This document shows positions 55,199-64,000 of a stretch of DNA of 64,000 bases, in pieces. The position numbers and the translations under genes were made by a program. This stretch comes from an uncultured Pseudomonadales bacterium (GTDB lineage Bacteria > Patescibacteriota > Microgenomatia > UBA1400 > MFAQ01), in NCBI GenBank assembly GCA_964348455.1, contig CAYGCQ010000002.1, positions 16,121-80,120 on the forward strand. Reading direction: 5' to 3'. Each line of letters begins with the position of its first letter. The first letter of the stretch is position 1. The notes under the pieces were generated by a model, which was not told where the DNA came from, made no database searches, and was given only the letters and a program-made list of their open reading frames with translations.

Positions 55199-56851
55199 AT
55201 GTCTCAACTCAAGTTGATTCCTCTCGGTGGCGTTGGTAGTGCAACTAAAAACATGTATGTTTACGAATTTGGTGATGACCAGCTGGTAGTCGACTGTGGT
55301 ATGGGGTTCCCCCAAAGCAGCGATCTGGGTGTTGACTCTGTCATCCCTGACATCAGTTATCTAGAAAAGTCTGGAAAGCACTTGCATGGTATTGTCCTTA
55401 CTCATCCACATATGGATCATATTGGCGGACTACCTTACATTCTTCCTCGGCTTGGAAACGTCGAAGTTTTTGGAGGAAAGCTAGCTATTGCTATGGCTGA
55501 ACTCCGAGTACGTGAATTTGGCATTCCAAATCGCATGACTCCCGTCGAAGGGACATTAGATCTTGGACCTTTCCACATTCAATTTATTCACTCCACCCAC
55601 TCAGTTCCTAACTGCTTTCATCTTGTAATCAAGACTCCGGCTGGCACTGTTTATCATGGTGCTGATTACAAGTTTGACCTGACCCCCATTGACAATCTTC
55701 CTCCAGATATTGCCGGGATGGCTCTTGCTGGAGCCGAAGGAGTAGACTTGATGTTCACCGATTGTCTTGGTATTGAAAAGCCAGGCTACTGCCCGTCTGA
55801 GAGAACCCTAATAAAAGCTATCGACGACGAAATCAGAAGTACGCCTGGAAAAGTTGTCTTTACTGGTATGTCGTCTTCGATTTCTCGTTTCCAAATCGCT
55901 ATCGAAGCATCAGTCAAATACCATCGACGCGTCGCTATCATCGGCCGTTCAGTTGAACAGAACATTGAGGCTGCAGTTAAAACTGGATTTATCAAGATAC
56001 CAAATGGCACCTTAATTAAGCCACAACAAATAGCTGGTTTACCGGCCAATCAAGTAACACTCATTGTTTCCGGATCTCAAGGTCAGTCCGGCTCTGCCAT
56101 GCATCGATTGGCCAACAACGAACATCGTATGGCTCGTCTGAAAAAAGGCGACAAAGTCATCATTAGCTCCAACGCCATTCCGGGTACCGGCAACGATGCA
56201 GACATCTTTGATCTCATGGACACCCTCTACAAAAACAACATTAGCGTCATCTACTCCGGAACTTCAGAAAATCTCCACGTTTCCGGTCATGGATACCGCG
56301 GTGACATGGCACTTCTGGCTCGACTGGTTAAGCCCAAAAATATCATCCCAATTGGCGGAGATCTTCGTCACATGATGCTTTATAAAAATCTTGCAAAAGA
56401 CTTAAATCACGACCCGGACAAAGTTTTTGTCCTCTCAGAAGGTCAATCCGTCATCCTTGAGGATCACGTCGTCAAAGAAGGTCCCAAGTTCGAAACCAAG
56501 AACATCTATGTTGACGGTCTGGGTATTGGAGACGTCGGTACTGTGGTGCTCCGTGATCGACAAGTCATGTCCGAAGATGGAATTTTAATAGCCATTGTTC
56601 CTGTCAAACGCGAAAACTCTCAGGTCACAGGAGATGTCGAGGTAATTTCTCGAGGATTCGTCTATCAGAAAGAATCTAAAGATCTTATCCGGGATGCTCA
56701 AAAGCAAGTCCAGCTTTGTTTCAAAGACAATAAAGGTCCAGTTACCGACTGGGGCTTCCTTCGAAAGAAGATAGAGGGTCAGCTGGAGAAGTTTGCTTTT
56801 GAGCACACGCAACGTCGGCCACTAGTCATTGCTATCCTAATCGAGGTCTAA
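55199..56851 (+). CDS. rnj: ribonuclease J
   Basis: Metallo-beta-lactamase HxHxDH (THPHMDHIGG) + beta-CASP + C-terminal domain; 550 aa. Confidence 0.85.
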   Translation: MSQLKLIPLGGVGSATKNMYVYEFGDDQLVVDCGMGFPQSSDLGVDSVIPDISYLEKSGKHLHGIVLTHPHMDHIGGLPYILPRLGNVEVFGGKLAIAMAELRVREFGIPNRMTPVEGTLDLGPFHIQFIHSTHSVPNCFHLVIKTPAGTVYHGADYKFDLTPIDNLPPDIAGMALAGAEGVDLMFTDCLGIEKPGYCPSERTLIKAIDDEIRSTPGKVVFTGMSSSISRFQIAIEASVKYHRRVAIIGRSVEQNIEAAVKTGFIKIPNGTLIKPQQIAGLPANQVTLIVSGSQGQSGSAMHRLANNEHRMARLKKGDKVIISSNAIPGTGNDADIFDLMDTLYKNNISVIYSGTSENLHVSGHGYRGDMALLARLVKPKNIIPIGGDLRHMMLYKNLAKDLNHDPDKVFVLSEGQSVILEDHVVKEGPKFETKNIYVDGLGIGDVGTVVLRDRQVMSEDGILIAIVPVKRENSQVTGDVEVISRGFVYQKESKDLIRDAQKQVQLCFKDNKGPVTDWGFLRKKIEGQLEKFAFEHTQRRPLVIAILIEV

Positions 56852-56852
56852 C

Positions 56853-57581
56853 ATGCCGGAATTGCCTCCTTTTGACGGCACCGAGTATCCCGAACAACAT
56901 GCTCTTCAAGCATCCCTTGAGCGTCAAGTCGGAATAGACCCTTTCTTTGGAACTGATGAAATGGTTACTCAAAAACTTAAAAGCTTTAAAGCTTTGGTTG
57001 AGAAATGCAACGACATAGACGTTCAAACCAGTGATCTTAGGCATGTAAAACTTCAGGATATTTTGAATGAATTTGATAATCTTAAACAAAGTATTGAGAA
57101 ATATCTCGGTATAGGCCTTAGTCTTGATCAAGATGATTATGTCTTTGCTGGAGATCATTCCGGACAGGCAGGCGAAATGTTTTCTAGGCTTGCCGCCTTT
57201 GGGGTTATTAAAGATTTACCATCCATTGAAAATTCTGAGGATAAAACCTTGAAAGACAGTATAGATCTCTCAAGCCCAAATGAAATTACGTGTAAATATG
57301 TTTTTCCACTTTTTGATTCCACCTCAGGCCAAACACTCCACAAGATTTGTGAATTAAAAATTAATCGATTCAAAACCCAAGAAGAAATCAACCAAAAATA
57401 TTCAGAGTTTCAATCCGAGGCAGAAAAACTTCTACAGAAACACAGTGAAGAGTTGGCTGATTTTTATAAAAAATACGGAAAAATAAGTAGAAAAACGGTT
57501 TCAGGAAAGCCGAGTGAGAGAAATCGCAAAAGAAAGTTCTACCGGATTGATCAAGGAACTAACAAGTCTGAATCTGTATAG
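56853..57581 (+). CDS. hypothetical protein (acidic, coiled-coil rich, basic C-terminal tail)
   Basis: 242-aa ORF, 1-nt gap after rnj. Confidence 0.4.
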   Translation: MPELPPFDGTEYPEQHALQASLERQVGIDPFFGTDEMVTQKLKSFKALVEKCNDIDVQTSDLRHVKLQDILNEFDNLKQSIEKYLGIGLSLDQDDYVFAGDHSGQAGEMFSRLAAFGVIKDLPSIENSEDKTLKDSIDLSSPNEITCKYVFPLFDSTSGQTLHKICELKINRFKTQEEINQKYSEFQSEAEKLLQKHSEELADFYKKYGKISRKTVSGKPSERNRKRKFYRIDQGTNKSESV

Positions 57582-57609
57582 GTTAGATTGAGTTATACTA
57601 AATATATCT

Positions 57610-59754
57610 ATGGCTCGCAAAAAAGGTCGCCGCTCTAAACCATATAAAGTCAGTCTAAAAAAAGACACGATGAACTCTATTCTGGCAGTCGTCTTGATGG
57701 GTATCGGTGGTCTCATTGCCATTTCTTTTTCGCAACAAGGCGATGCTCTCATGAAGATTAATGAGATCGGCCAGCAGTTTCTAGGCTGGCCTCTGCTCTT
57801 CCTGCCATTTATCTTTATAGTTGGTGGTCTAATCATTACCCACGTAAAACTCCCCATTGCCTCCACCAATGTACTTCTGGGCAGTGTCATTACAATGGTC
57901 TCTCTCGAGGGTTTATTCGGGGCCGGCGCTGTAGGAATTGGACTCAAAGACTCTCTCACCTCCCTCATCTCTTTACCAGGAGCCATTCTCTTTTATTTTG
58001 TCGGGGTTGTCATTGGACTCTTCATTCTCTTTGAAACTTCCATCGAAGATTTATTAGTATTAGTCCAAACTCTCTTTGGTGGAGTATCTGGTGCTCTGGG
58101 AAAAATAAAAAGCTTGCCCGTCAAAGGAGGTGCTTCCTCTTTTTTGAGCAAATCCGGCACTGTCAAGATTACGGGGGGGGAACAGTTGTTGAACCCTGCT
58201 CCTATTAATACAGATGAATCTGCTCCGGTAAAAATAGTCCACAAGGAACTCCATGCAAGTCGTTCTGCTCAAACTGCTATCGAAACCAAAAAACTCCCGG
58301 ACGGTGCCACTTCAGGTATTTGGCATTTCCCTCCTGTTAGTTTACTTTCAGATCAGAAGATCGGAAAGGCTGATCGGGGAGATATCAAAAAAAATATCGA
58401 GGTTATCCAAAACACGCTGGGGTCATTTGGGATTCAATGTAAGGTTACTGAGGTTCACCAGGGTCCGGCTGTCACTCAGTATGCCCTTGCCATTACTGCC
58501 GGAACCAAATTGTCTAAGATAAGCGCTCTTCAGTCCGACCTAGCCTTGGCGCTTGCTGCTCCTCAAGGTCAAATTCGCATTGAAGCTCCCATCCCCGGCC
58601 GAGATCTTGTGGGCGTAGAAATCCCCAATCGTTCTTTGGAATTTGTATCTCTTCGAGACATGCTTACCGACAAGGCTATGCAAGAAAGTCGTTCTAAAAC
58701 TGCGATATCGCTGGGGCTTGATGTTTCCGGTCAACCGGTAATCGCCGATATCAACAAGATGCCTCACTTACTGATAGCTGGTACTACTGGTTCTGGAAAA
58801 TCAGTTTTGATAAATGCCATAATTTCCTCAATACTTTTCAGAGCTTCACCCGAAGAGGTTAAGTTCATCATGGTCGATCCTAAGCGTGTTGAACTTACTC
58901 CATATAACGACATTCCACATCTTCTTACCCCTGTCATTACTGATGTTTCCAAAGTAGTAAATGCTCTCAAGTGGGCCGCCGCCGAAATGGATCGTCGATA
59001 TCGACTTTTTGAAGAAATGTCAGTTAAAAATATTGCCGGATATAACGAGCTCAGTGGATTTCAAGCCATGCCATATATCATTATCATCGTCGATGAAATG
59101 GCAGACATTATGATGTCCAAAAACGCCGGAGAAGTCGAGGAGAACATTGTCCGTTTGGCTCAAATGGCTCGAGCTGTTGGTATTCATCTTGTTTTGGCAA
59201 CTCAGAGGCCTTCCGTAAATGTTTTAACTGGAATTATTAAAGCCAACATTCCTGCACGTATCTCTTTCCAAGTAACTTCCATGATAGATTCTCGTGTAAT
59301 TATTGATACTCCGGGTGCCGAGAAACTTCTTGGAAAAGGGGATATGCTTTACATTCCTCCTGACACTGCTAAGCCAAAACGTATTCAGGGGGCTTTCGTT
59401 TCGGACAAAGAGATCAAAAATCTTATTGATTATATTAAAGGTTCAGGTGTCACAGCTCAGCTCGATCCTACCATTACTAAAGATAAGGGGAAAAGTACCA
59501 TCGGCACCACAGGTCAAAACATGGGAGATGTCGATGAGAAATTTGAAGAGGCCGCGCAACTTTGTATTGCCGAAGGAAAAGGTTCTGCTTCACTACTTCA
59601 ACGCCGTCTCGAAGTCGGTTATGCTCGTGCGGCAAGGATTCTTGATCAGCTTGAGGAGGCAGGAGTATTAGCTCGTGCAGAAGGCAACAAGCCTCGTGAA
59701 GTCATTGTCAGTAGTTTGAATGAAGTCTTTCCTTCCAGCGAAGAAAATTCTTAA
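57610..59754 (+). CDS. ftsK: DNA translocase FtsK/SpoIIIE
   Basis: N-terminal 4 TM, motor domain LLIAGTTGSGKSVLINAII, C-terminal gamma wHTH (LLQRRLEVGYARAARILDQLEEAGVL). Confidence 0.9.
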   Translation: MARKKGRRSKPYKVSLKKDTMNSILAVVLMGIGGLIAISFSQQGDALMKINEIGQQFLGWPLLFLPFIFIVGGLIITHVKLPIASTNVLLGSVITMVSLEGLFGAGAVGIGLKDSLTSLISLPGAILFYFVGVVIGLFILFETSIEDLLVLVQTLFGGVSGALGKIKSLPVKGGASSFLSKSGTVKITGGEQLLNPAPINTDESAPVKIVHKELHASRSAQTAIETKKLPDGATSGIWHFPPVSLLSDQKIGKADRGDIKKNIEVIQNTLGSFGIQCKVTEVHQGPAVTQYALAITAGTKLSKISALQSDLALALAAPQGQIRIEAPIPGRDLVGVEIPNRSLEFVSLRDMLTDKAMQESRSKTAISLGLDVSGQPVIADINKMPHLLIAGTTGSGKSVLINAIISSILFRASPEEVKFIMVDPKRVELTPYNDIPHLLTPVITDVSKVVNALKWAAAEMDRRYRLFEEMSVKNIAGYNELSGFQAMPYIIIIVDEMADIMMSKNAGEVEENIVRLAQMARAVGIHLVLATQRPSVNVLTGIIKANIPARISFQVTSMIDSRVIIDTPGAEKLLGKGDMLYIPPDTAKPKRIQGAFVSDKEIKNLIDYIKGSGVTAQLDPTITKDKGKSTIGTTGQNMGDVDEKFEEAAQLCIAEGKGSASLLQRRLEVGYARAARILDQLEEAGVLARAEGNKPREVIVSSLNEVFPSSEENS

Positions 59755-59757
59755 ACC

Positions 59758-60375
59758 ATGAAGACCGTTGGTCAAATAATCAAATCGGCTAGGCAAAAAC
59801 GCAGTCTTAGCGTAGATCAGCTTTCTTCGCTTACAAAAATAGATTCCAAGTATATTGCCGCGCTCGAACTTGATCATTACTCAGATCTCCCTTCAGAAAC
59901 ATTTGCCAAGGGTTTTATTAGAAATCTCAGTCTAAGGCTCGATCTAAACCCGAATGAACTCATCGCTATTTTTAGAAGGGATTTTCGACAACCGGACAGA
60001 GTCGGTCCAAAAACAATACATAGAAAAACTTTTTCCGGATTTCCACCCCAGTCTCTCCCCTTTATTTTTGGCGGTTTGGTCTTCGTAGTTTATTTAGTTT
60101 TTCAGTTTAGAGCCATTCTTACTCCTCCAAAACTCGAAATAACTCGGCCATTAAATGGCGCGGTTCTTGTATCCCCAATCGAAATTGAAGGGGATACGGC
60201 TATAGATGCCAATATATATATAGGTGATGATACCCAGGTTAAGCCTGACACTGAGGGTCATTTCTTGGCCAGGATAAATATACCTGTGGGGGAGACGGTG
60301 CTGGAGATAAAATCCACCAATCGATTTGGTAGAACGACGGATAAAAATATCTCGGTCACCATAATATCCAAATAA
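59758..60375 (+). CDS. rodZ: RodZ-like cytoskeleton protein (N-terminal XRE-type HTH, TM, C-terminal domain)
   Basis: GQIIKSARQKRSLSVDQLSSLTKIDSKYIAALE HTH, then a TM helix. Confidence 0.55.
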   Translation: MKTVGQIIKSARQKRSLSVDQLSSLTKIDSKYIAALELDHYSDLPSETFAKGFIRNLSLRLDLNPNELIAIFRRDFRQPDRVGPKTIHRKTFSGFPPQSLPFIFGGLVFVVYLVFQFRAILTPPKLEITRPLNGAVLVSPIEIEGDTAIDANIYIGDDTQVKPDTEGHFLARINIPVGETVLEIKSTNRFGRTTDKNISVTIISK

Positions 60376-60380
60376 CCGTT

Positions 60381-60426
60381 TGTCATTCCGACCGAATGTA
60401 GTGAGTGGAGGAATCTCACACCACCC
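60381..60426 (+). repeat. type A repeat 6 nt after the rodZ-like stop
   Basis: tgtcattccgaccgaatgtagtgagtggaggaatctcacaccaccc. Confidence 0.6.
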
Positions 60427-60427
60427 T

Positions 60428-60454
60428 TGTCATTCCCGACTTGATCGGGAATCT
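60428..60454 (+). repeat. REP-like type B hairpin (tgtcattcccga-cttga-tcgggaatct) immediately after the type A copy; same A+B arrangement as at 20431-20508
   Basis: Perfect 8-bp stem. Confidence 0.6.
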
Positions 60455-60496
60455 ATACAAATAACTCATTATCAACTTTTTTGGTATGATGAATTA

Positions 60497-60799
60497 ATGA
60501 CTCTTCCACAAATAATCTCTTTAATTTCTACAGTACTACTCACCTCTGTCGCGTTAATCATTGGAGTTCAACTCATCTACATTCTAAAGGAGGTTCGCTA
60601 CTCCCTTACTCGAGTAAATCAAACCATAGACACCGTCTCTGACACAGTCGAGAAAATATCACAGCCCGCTATTGGTTTTTTTGCCATATTGGAAGGTTTC
60701 AAAGAAAGCGGCAAGATAATTGATGCTATTTCTGGATTACTAGGTCGGGACAAACCCAAGTCACCAGTCGACGTCGACGCATATGACAACTCCATCTGA
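60497..60799 (+). CDS. small membrane protein, DUF948-like (N-terminal TM + coiled coil)
   Basis: Start trimmed to ATG 60497 because the 5' part of the track ORF is a translation of the repeat elements. Confidence 0.4.
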   Translation: MTLPQIISLISTVLLTSVALIIGVQLIYILKEVRYSLTRVNQTIDTVSDTVEKISQPAIGFFAILEGFKESGKIIDAISGLLGRDKPKSPVDVDAYDNSI

Positions 60800-61136
60800 C
60801 ACATCCAAAAAAGACGGTTCTTTTTCTTCATTCTCTATCGGAGTTGCTTTAGGTGTTATGGGGGCCTTACTTCTTGGTACTGAAGAGGGTCGAAATATAA
60901 TAAAAAAAGTTGTTAAAGCTGTCCCTAATAAGTACAAGACTCCTCCGGTAAACATTCCTCATCCTGTAACTACTATGCCCATAATCCCAACCGAGGAAAC
61001 ACCTCACCACACGACTTTTGAGCACTCCACTCCATTTGGAGACACTATTTCTGAAGAAGCCCCACCTCCTCCGGCACCCCTCGTTCGACCTACCCGCCCT
61101 GAACCTTTCACCCCCAATTCATATCCTATAGATTGA
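60783..61136 (+). CDS. YtxH-like membrane protein with a Pro-rich C-terminus
   Basis: IGVALGVMGALLLGTEEGRNIIKK resembles the YtxH motif. Confidence 0.35.
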   Translation: MTTPSDTSKKDGSFSSFSIGVALGVMGALLLGTEEGRNIIKKVVKAVPNKYKTPPVNIPHPVTTMPIIPTEETPHHTTFEHSTPFGDTISEEAPPPPAPLVRPTRPEPFTPNSYPID

Positions 61137-61213
61137 TTTACCTTCAGCAATTGGTATAATCTCGTAAGCATTGAGGGTTTAATTCTAAATTCGCATTTTA
61201 AAAAGGAGCTAGT

Positions 61214-61444
61214 ATGATTTTTGGACTTCCAACAGTAAGCGTCATTCTTCTCGTTGCAGCATTCATTATTACAGTTATAGTCCTTTTTTCGGCTGTGGTA
61301 GATAGTTCATTTCCCATATTTCCATCTTCGGTTGAATATCTACGACTTCAAATGGCCAGGAAAAATCACACCAGGGCAGTCCAAACTTTCTGGTTGATAG
61401 TCGCAGTGCTTTTCTGTTTAGCGGCTGTAATCGCAGCAATATAA
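61214..61444 (+). CDS. small 2-TM membrane protein
   Basis: 76-aa ORF with an AAGGAG SD. Confidence 0.4.
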   Translation: MIFGLPTVSVILLVAAFIITVIVLFSAVVDSSFPIFPSSVEYLRLQMARKNHTRAVQTFWLIVAVLFCLAAVIAAI

Positions 61445-61481
61445 GAAAAATTGATAACCTTAACTACCTTTTCCTACAAAA

Positions 61482-61514
61482 AGTCCCGCCTCACGGCGGG
61501 ACTATTTTTATTTC
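61482..61514. terminator. bidirectional terminator (agtcccgcc-tcac-ggcgggact) flanked by A/T runs between convergent genes
   Basis: Perfect 9-bp stem. Confidence 0.65.
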
Positions 61515-61969
61515 AGTTCCCAGATTTGTCCCTGAGGGAAGGTCACCTTGTAACCGTGTCTCTCACTGGTTATCCGGAATGTTCCTGCCTCAAGGCTAAC
61601 CGTTTCACCAGCCCCCTTAGCTCTGGTAATTACTTCGGAGCCATTTAGGTGTCGATCGCTGATCCAGAGAAGTTTATCGTGGGTTATGTGAAGATCAACA
61701 ATTCTTCCGTTACTCCATAGCTTAAGTGGCGCGCTATCCAAGTGAATTTTTATTCCCTTGCTGGGGTTGTATTCACTCCACTGTCTTCGCAGATCCAATT
61801 TTCCGTCTACAAAGGTGGCCACTGCCGCACCTATGATTACAAAGAATACGACTGTGCTTGAAGCCAGCCAGGTTGCTGCCATATCTGGAGCGATCAAAGA
61901 CATGTAGAACGGGGCACCACCAATGGTAATCATAATCAAAGCCATAATCCAAGCCTTATACTTACGCAT
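61508..61969 (-). CDS. membrane-anchored hypothetical protein
   Basis: 153 aa, two N-terminal TM helices then a soluble domain. Confidence 0.4.
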   Translation of the reverse strand: MRKYKAWIMALIMITIGGAPFYMSLIAPDMAATWLASSTVVFFVIIGAAVATFVDGKLDLRRQWSEYNPSKGIKIHLDSAPLKLWSNGRIVDLHITHDKLLWISDRHLNGSEVITRAKGAGETVSLEAGTFRITSERHGYKVTFPQGQIWELK

Positions 61970-62131
61970 ACGAACCTCCTGTTTTAATTTGAATTTACCC
62001 TATAATTATACCACCATATGTCTAGGTTTTCCCTGCCTACAACCACACCCTTCCTCACCCCAAACGTCACCCCCAATTCCTAGCCTCAAAAACTACCCCA
62101 TAGCTTGCTATTCTACTTTTTAAAAATAACT

Positions 62132-62158
62132 TGTCATTCTGAACTTGATTCAGAATCC
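62132..62158 (+). repeat. REP-like type B hairpin (tgtcattctgaa-cttga-ttcagaatcc)
   Basis: Perfect 8-bp stem with compensatory base changes relative to other copies. Confidence 0.6.
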
Positions 62159-62276
62159 AGAAATGCCTGGATGTCGGATCGGGTCCGGCATGTCACAACA
62201 CTTTGATATGAAATTACAGATATATCTTCGCTCGTAATTACATAAGTCATTATGAGCTTGGTATAATTTGACTGAA

Positions 62277-64000
62277 CATGACTATCAATGAAATCAGACA
62301 AAAATACTTCGACTTCATGGAGGCCAGGGGCCATCAAATTATTCCTTCCAGCTCACTAGTTCCAGAAGGGGACGCTACCACCCTATTTACTTCCGCTGGC
62401 ATGCAGCCCATGATGCCGTACTTGCTCGGAGAATCTCACCCTTTGGGCACTCGTCTAGCCGACAGCCAAAAATGTTTTCGTTCTCAGGATATCGAAGAAG
62501 TTGGGGATAACCGACACACCACTTTCTTTGAAATGCTCGGGAATTGGTCTCTCGGTGATTATTTTAAAAAAGAACAGCTTGAATATTTCTTCAAATTTCT
62601 AACTGATAAGAACGATGGTCTTGGTCTAGATCCACACAGACTATTTGTTTCTGTTTTTGCTGGCGGGGCCGGAGTGGACAAAGACGAAGAATCAATCAGC
62701 ATTTGGAAAAATCTATTTGCTAAAACCGGCATCAACGCCAAAGAGGGTCACCAAATTTTTCCTTATCCTGCCGAGAAAAATTGGTGGTCCCGGTCCGGCA
62801 CACCAGATCAAATGCCGACAGGTGAACCTGGGGGGCCAGACAGCGAGGTCTTTTTTGACTTTGGTGAAGATAGAAAGTTACATGAAAACTCTTCTTTTAA
62901 AAATGAGCCTTGTCACATCAACTGTGATTGTGGTAGGTTTTTAGAAATAGGCAACTCTGTTTTTATGCAGTATGTCAAACAATCCGATGGTACGTTAAAA
63001 GAACTTCCTCAGAAGAACATTGATTTTGGCGGTGGTTTAGTCCGCTTAGCAGCCGCCATAAATGATGACCCGGATATTTTTAAAACCGATATATACGCTC
63101 CAATTATTCAAGAGATAGAAAAGATTTCCGGACACTCCTACGAAATTAAAGAGCATCGCTCTTCGATGAGAATAATTGCAGACCATCTGACAGCCGCTAC
63201 CTTTCTCATCAAAGACAGCGTCTTTCCTAGCAATAAAGCTCAAGGATATGTGCTTCGTAGATTGCTAAGGCGTGCCGCCATTAAGCTTCACTTTTTAATG
63301 GGTAATCGTGAAGGTATTACTCAGCTTGCAGGCATTACATCTTCCATTGTTGGGATATACAAATCAGTATATTTCATCGGTGACGACGCTCAGTATGTGC
63401 AAAGCACGATATCTCAAGAGATCAGTAAGTTTGAAAAGTCTCTAGACAGAGGCATTAAGGAACTAGAAAAGAAATCTGAGATCTCAGGGAAAGACGCTTT
63501 TGATCTTTATCAGAACTATGGTTTTCCTCTAGAAATTACGACCGAAATCTTGGCTCAAATGGGAAAGAGGGTTAATCTGATAGAGTTTCAGAAAGAATTT
63601 GAAAAACATCGCGAGCTAAGTCGAACCTCATCTACTGGTATGTTCAAGGGTGGCTTAGCCGACAACTCTAAAACAGTTACGTCATACCATACTGCAACCC
63701 ACCTACTTCATGCCGCTCTTAGGAAAATACTGGGAAATCATGTTTCACAAAAAGGAAGTAATATTACCGCTGTTAGACTTCGCTTTGATTTTTCTCACCC
63801 CGAAAAGATAGCAGAAAATAAACTCAAAGAAATTGAAGATCTAATCAATCAAAAAATTACCGAAAAATTACCGGTTACCAAAGAAGAGATGTCTAAAGAA
63901 AAAGCCATAGAGTCTGGAGCACTTGCTTTTTTTGGTCAAAAATACCCTGACGTCGTCACCGTCTATACTGTTGGGGATAAGAAAAAATACTTTTCCAGAG
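62277..64000 (+). CDS. alaS: alanine--tRNA ligase (3'-partial; continues beyond the window)
   Basis: FTSAGMQPMMPYLLG, WWSRSG.P...PTGEPGGPDSEVFFDFG, HTATHLLHAAL (editing HxxxH); frame open to the window end. Confidence 0.9.

Noticed and set aside
60380-60496. 5' extension of ORF 60380..60799 (MSFRPNVVSGGISHHPCHSRLDRESIQITHYQL...)
   Set aside because: This segment is a translation of the type A and type B repeat elements; the start was moved to ATG 60497, where the TM helix begins.
18509-62158. Possibility that the short repeated hairpins are a CRISPR array
   Set aside because: Copies are irregularly dispersed over more than 40 kb with variable stems, no regular spacer length and no cas genes; they behave as REP-like elements, not CRISPR repeats.

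Overview
This 64-kb window looks like a compact, low-GC, gene-dense bacterial chromosome segment. Its gene content and reduced proteins (468-aa IF-2, short HrcA, type-II DnaJ, a Lon-like AAA+ with no protease domain, FemAB, LCP, sortase-type signals) fit a Patescibacteria/CPR-like organism using the standard genetic code. Conserved core genes identified from motifs: tpiA, thyX-ung, murJ-lepA, hrcA-grpE-dnaK-dnaJ, nusA-infB, rpsO-pnp, rnj, ftsK, a rodZ-like gene, rpsT, two UvrD-family helicases (one fused to a Cas4/AddB-type Fe-S nuclease), and a 3'-partial alaS. The most interesting region is a co-directional minus-strand accessory locus at about 20.5-33.2 kb. It runs pilN-pilO (translationally coupled) - small membrane protein - Ig/FN3-like surface protein - a family of very Cys-rich, Thr/Pro-rich paralogous surface proteins with LPETG/LPEAG/LTDAG-type C-terminal sorting signals, a thrombospondin-type-1-like motif, intragenic tandem repeats and a ~280-bp DNA-level paralogous block - then a UDP-galactopyranose-mutase-like flavoenzyme overlapping a large GT-C/DUF2298-like polytopic membrane protein. 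I propose this is a putative glycosylated adhesin / host-attachment locus. A second notable signal is a dispersed family of REP-like hairpin repeats (conserved TGTCAT...ATCC flanks, compensatory stem changes), often directly 3' of stop codons, once as an inverted BIME-like pair, and twice embedded in frame inside coding sequences. A related inverted-repeat pair brackets a frameshifted GIY-YIG gene immediately after the Lon-like AAA+ gene. Other items: a LexA-like wHTH fused to a truncated UDP-glucose-dehydrogenase-like domain with ATTAGTAAT operator-like repeats at its start; a radical-SAM/SPASM + membrane-protein operon; tandem FemAB paralogs; an ATP-grasp operon; and a second hairpin repeat family at 37.55-37.70 kb. 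No rRNA, tRNA or CRISPR array was recognised.
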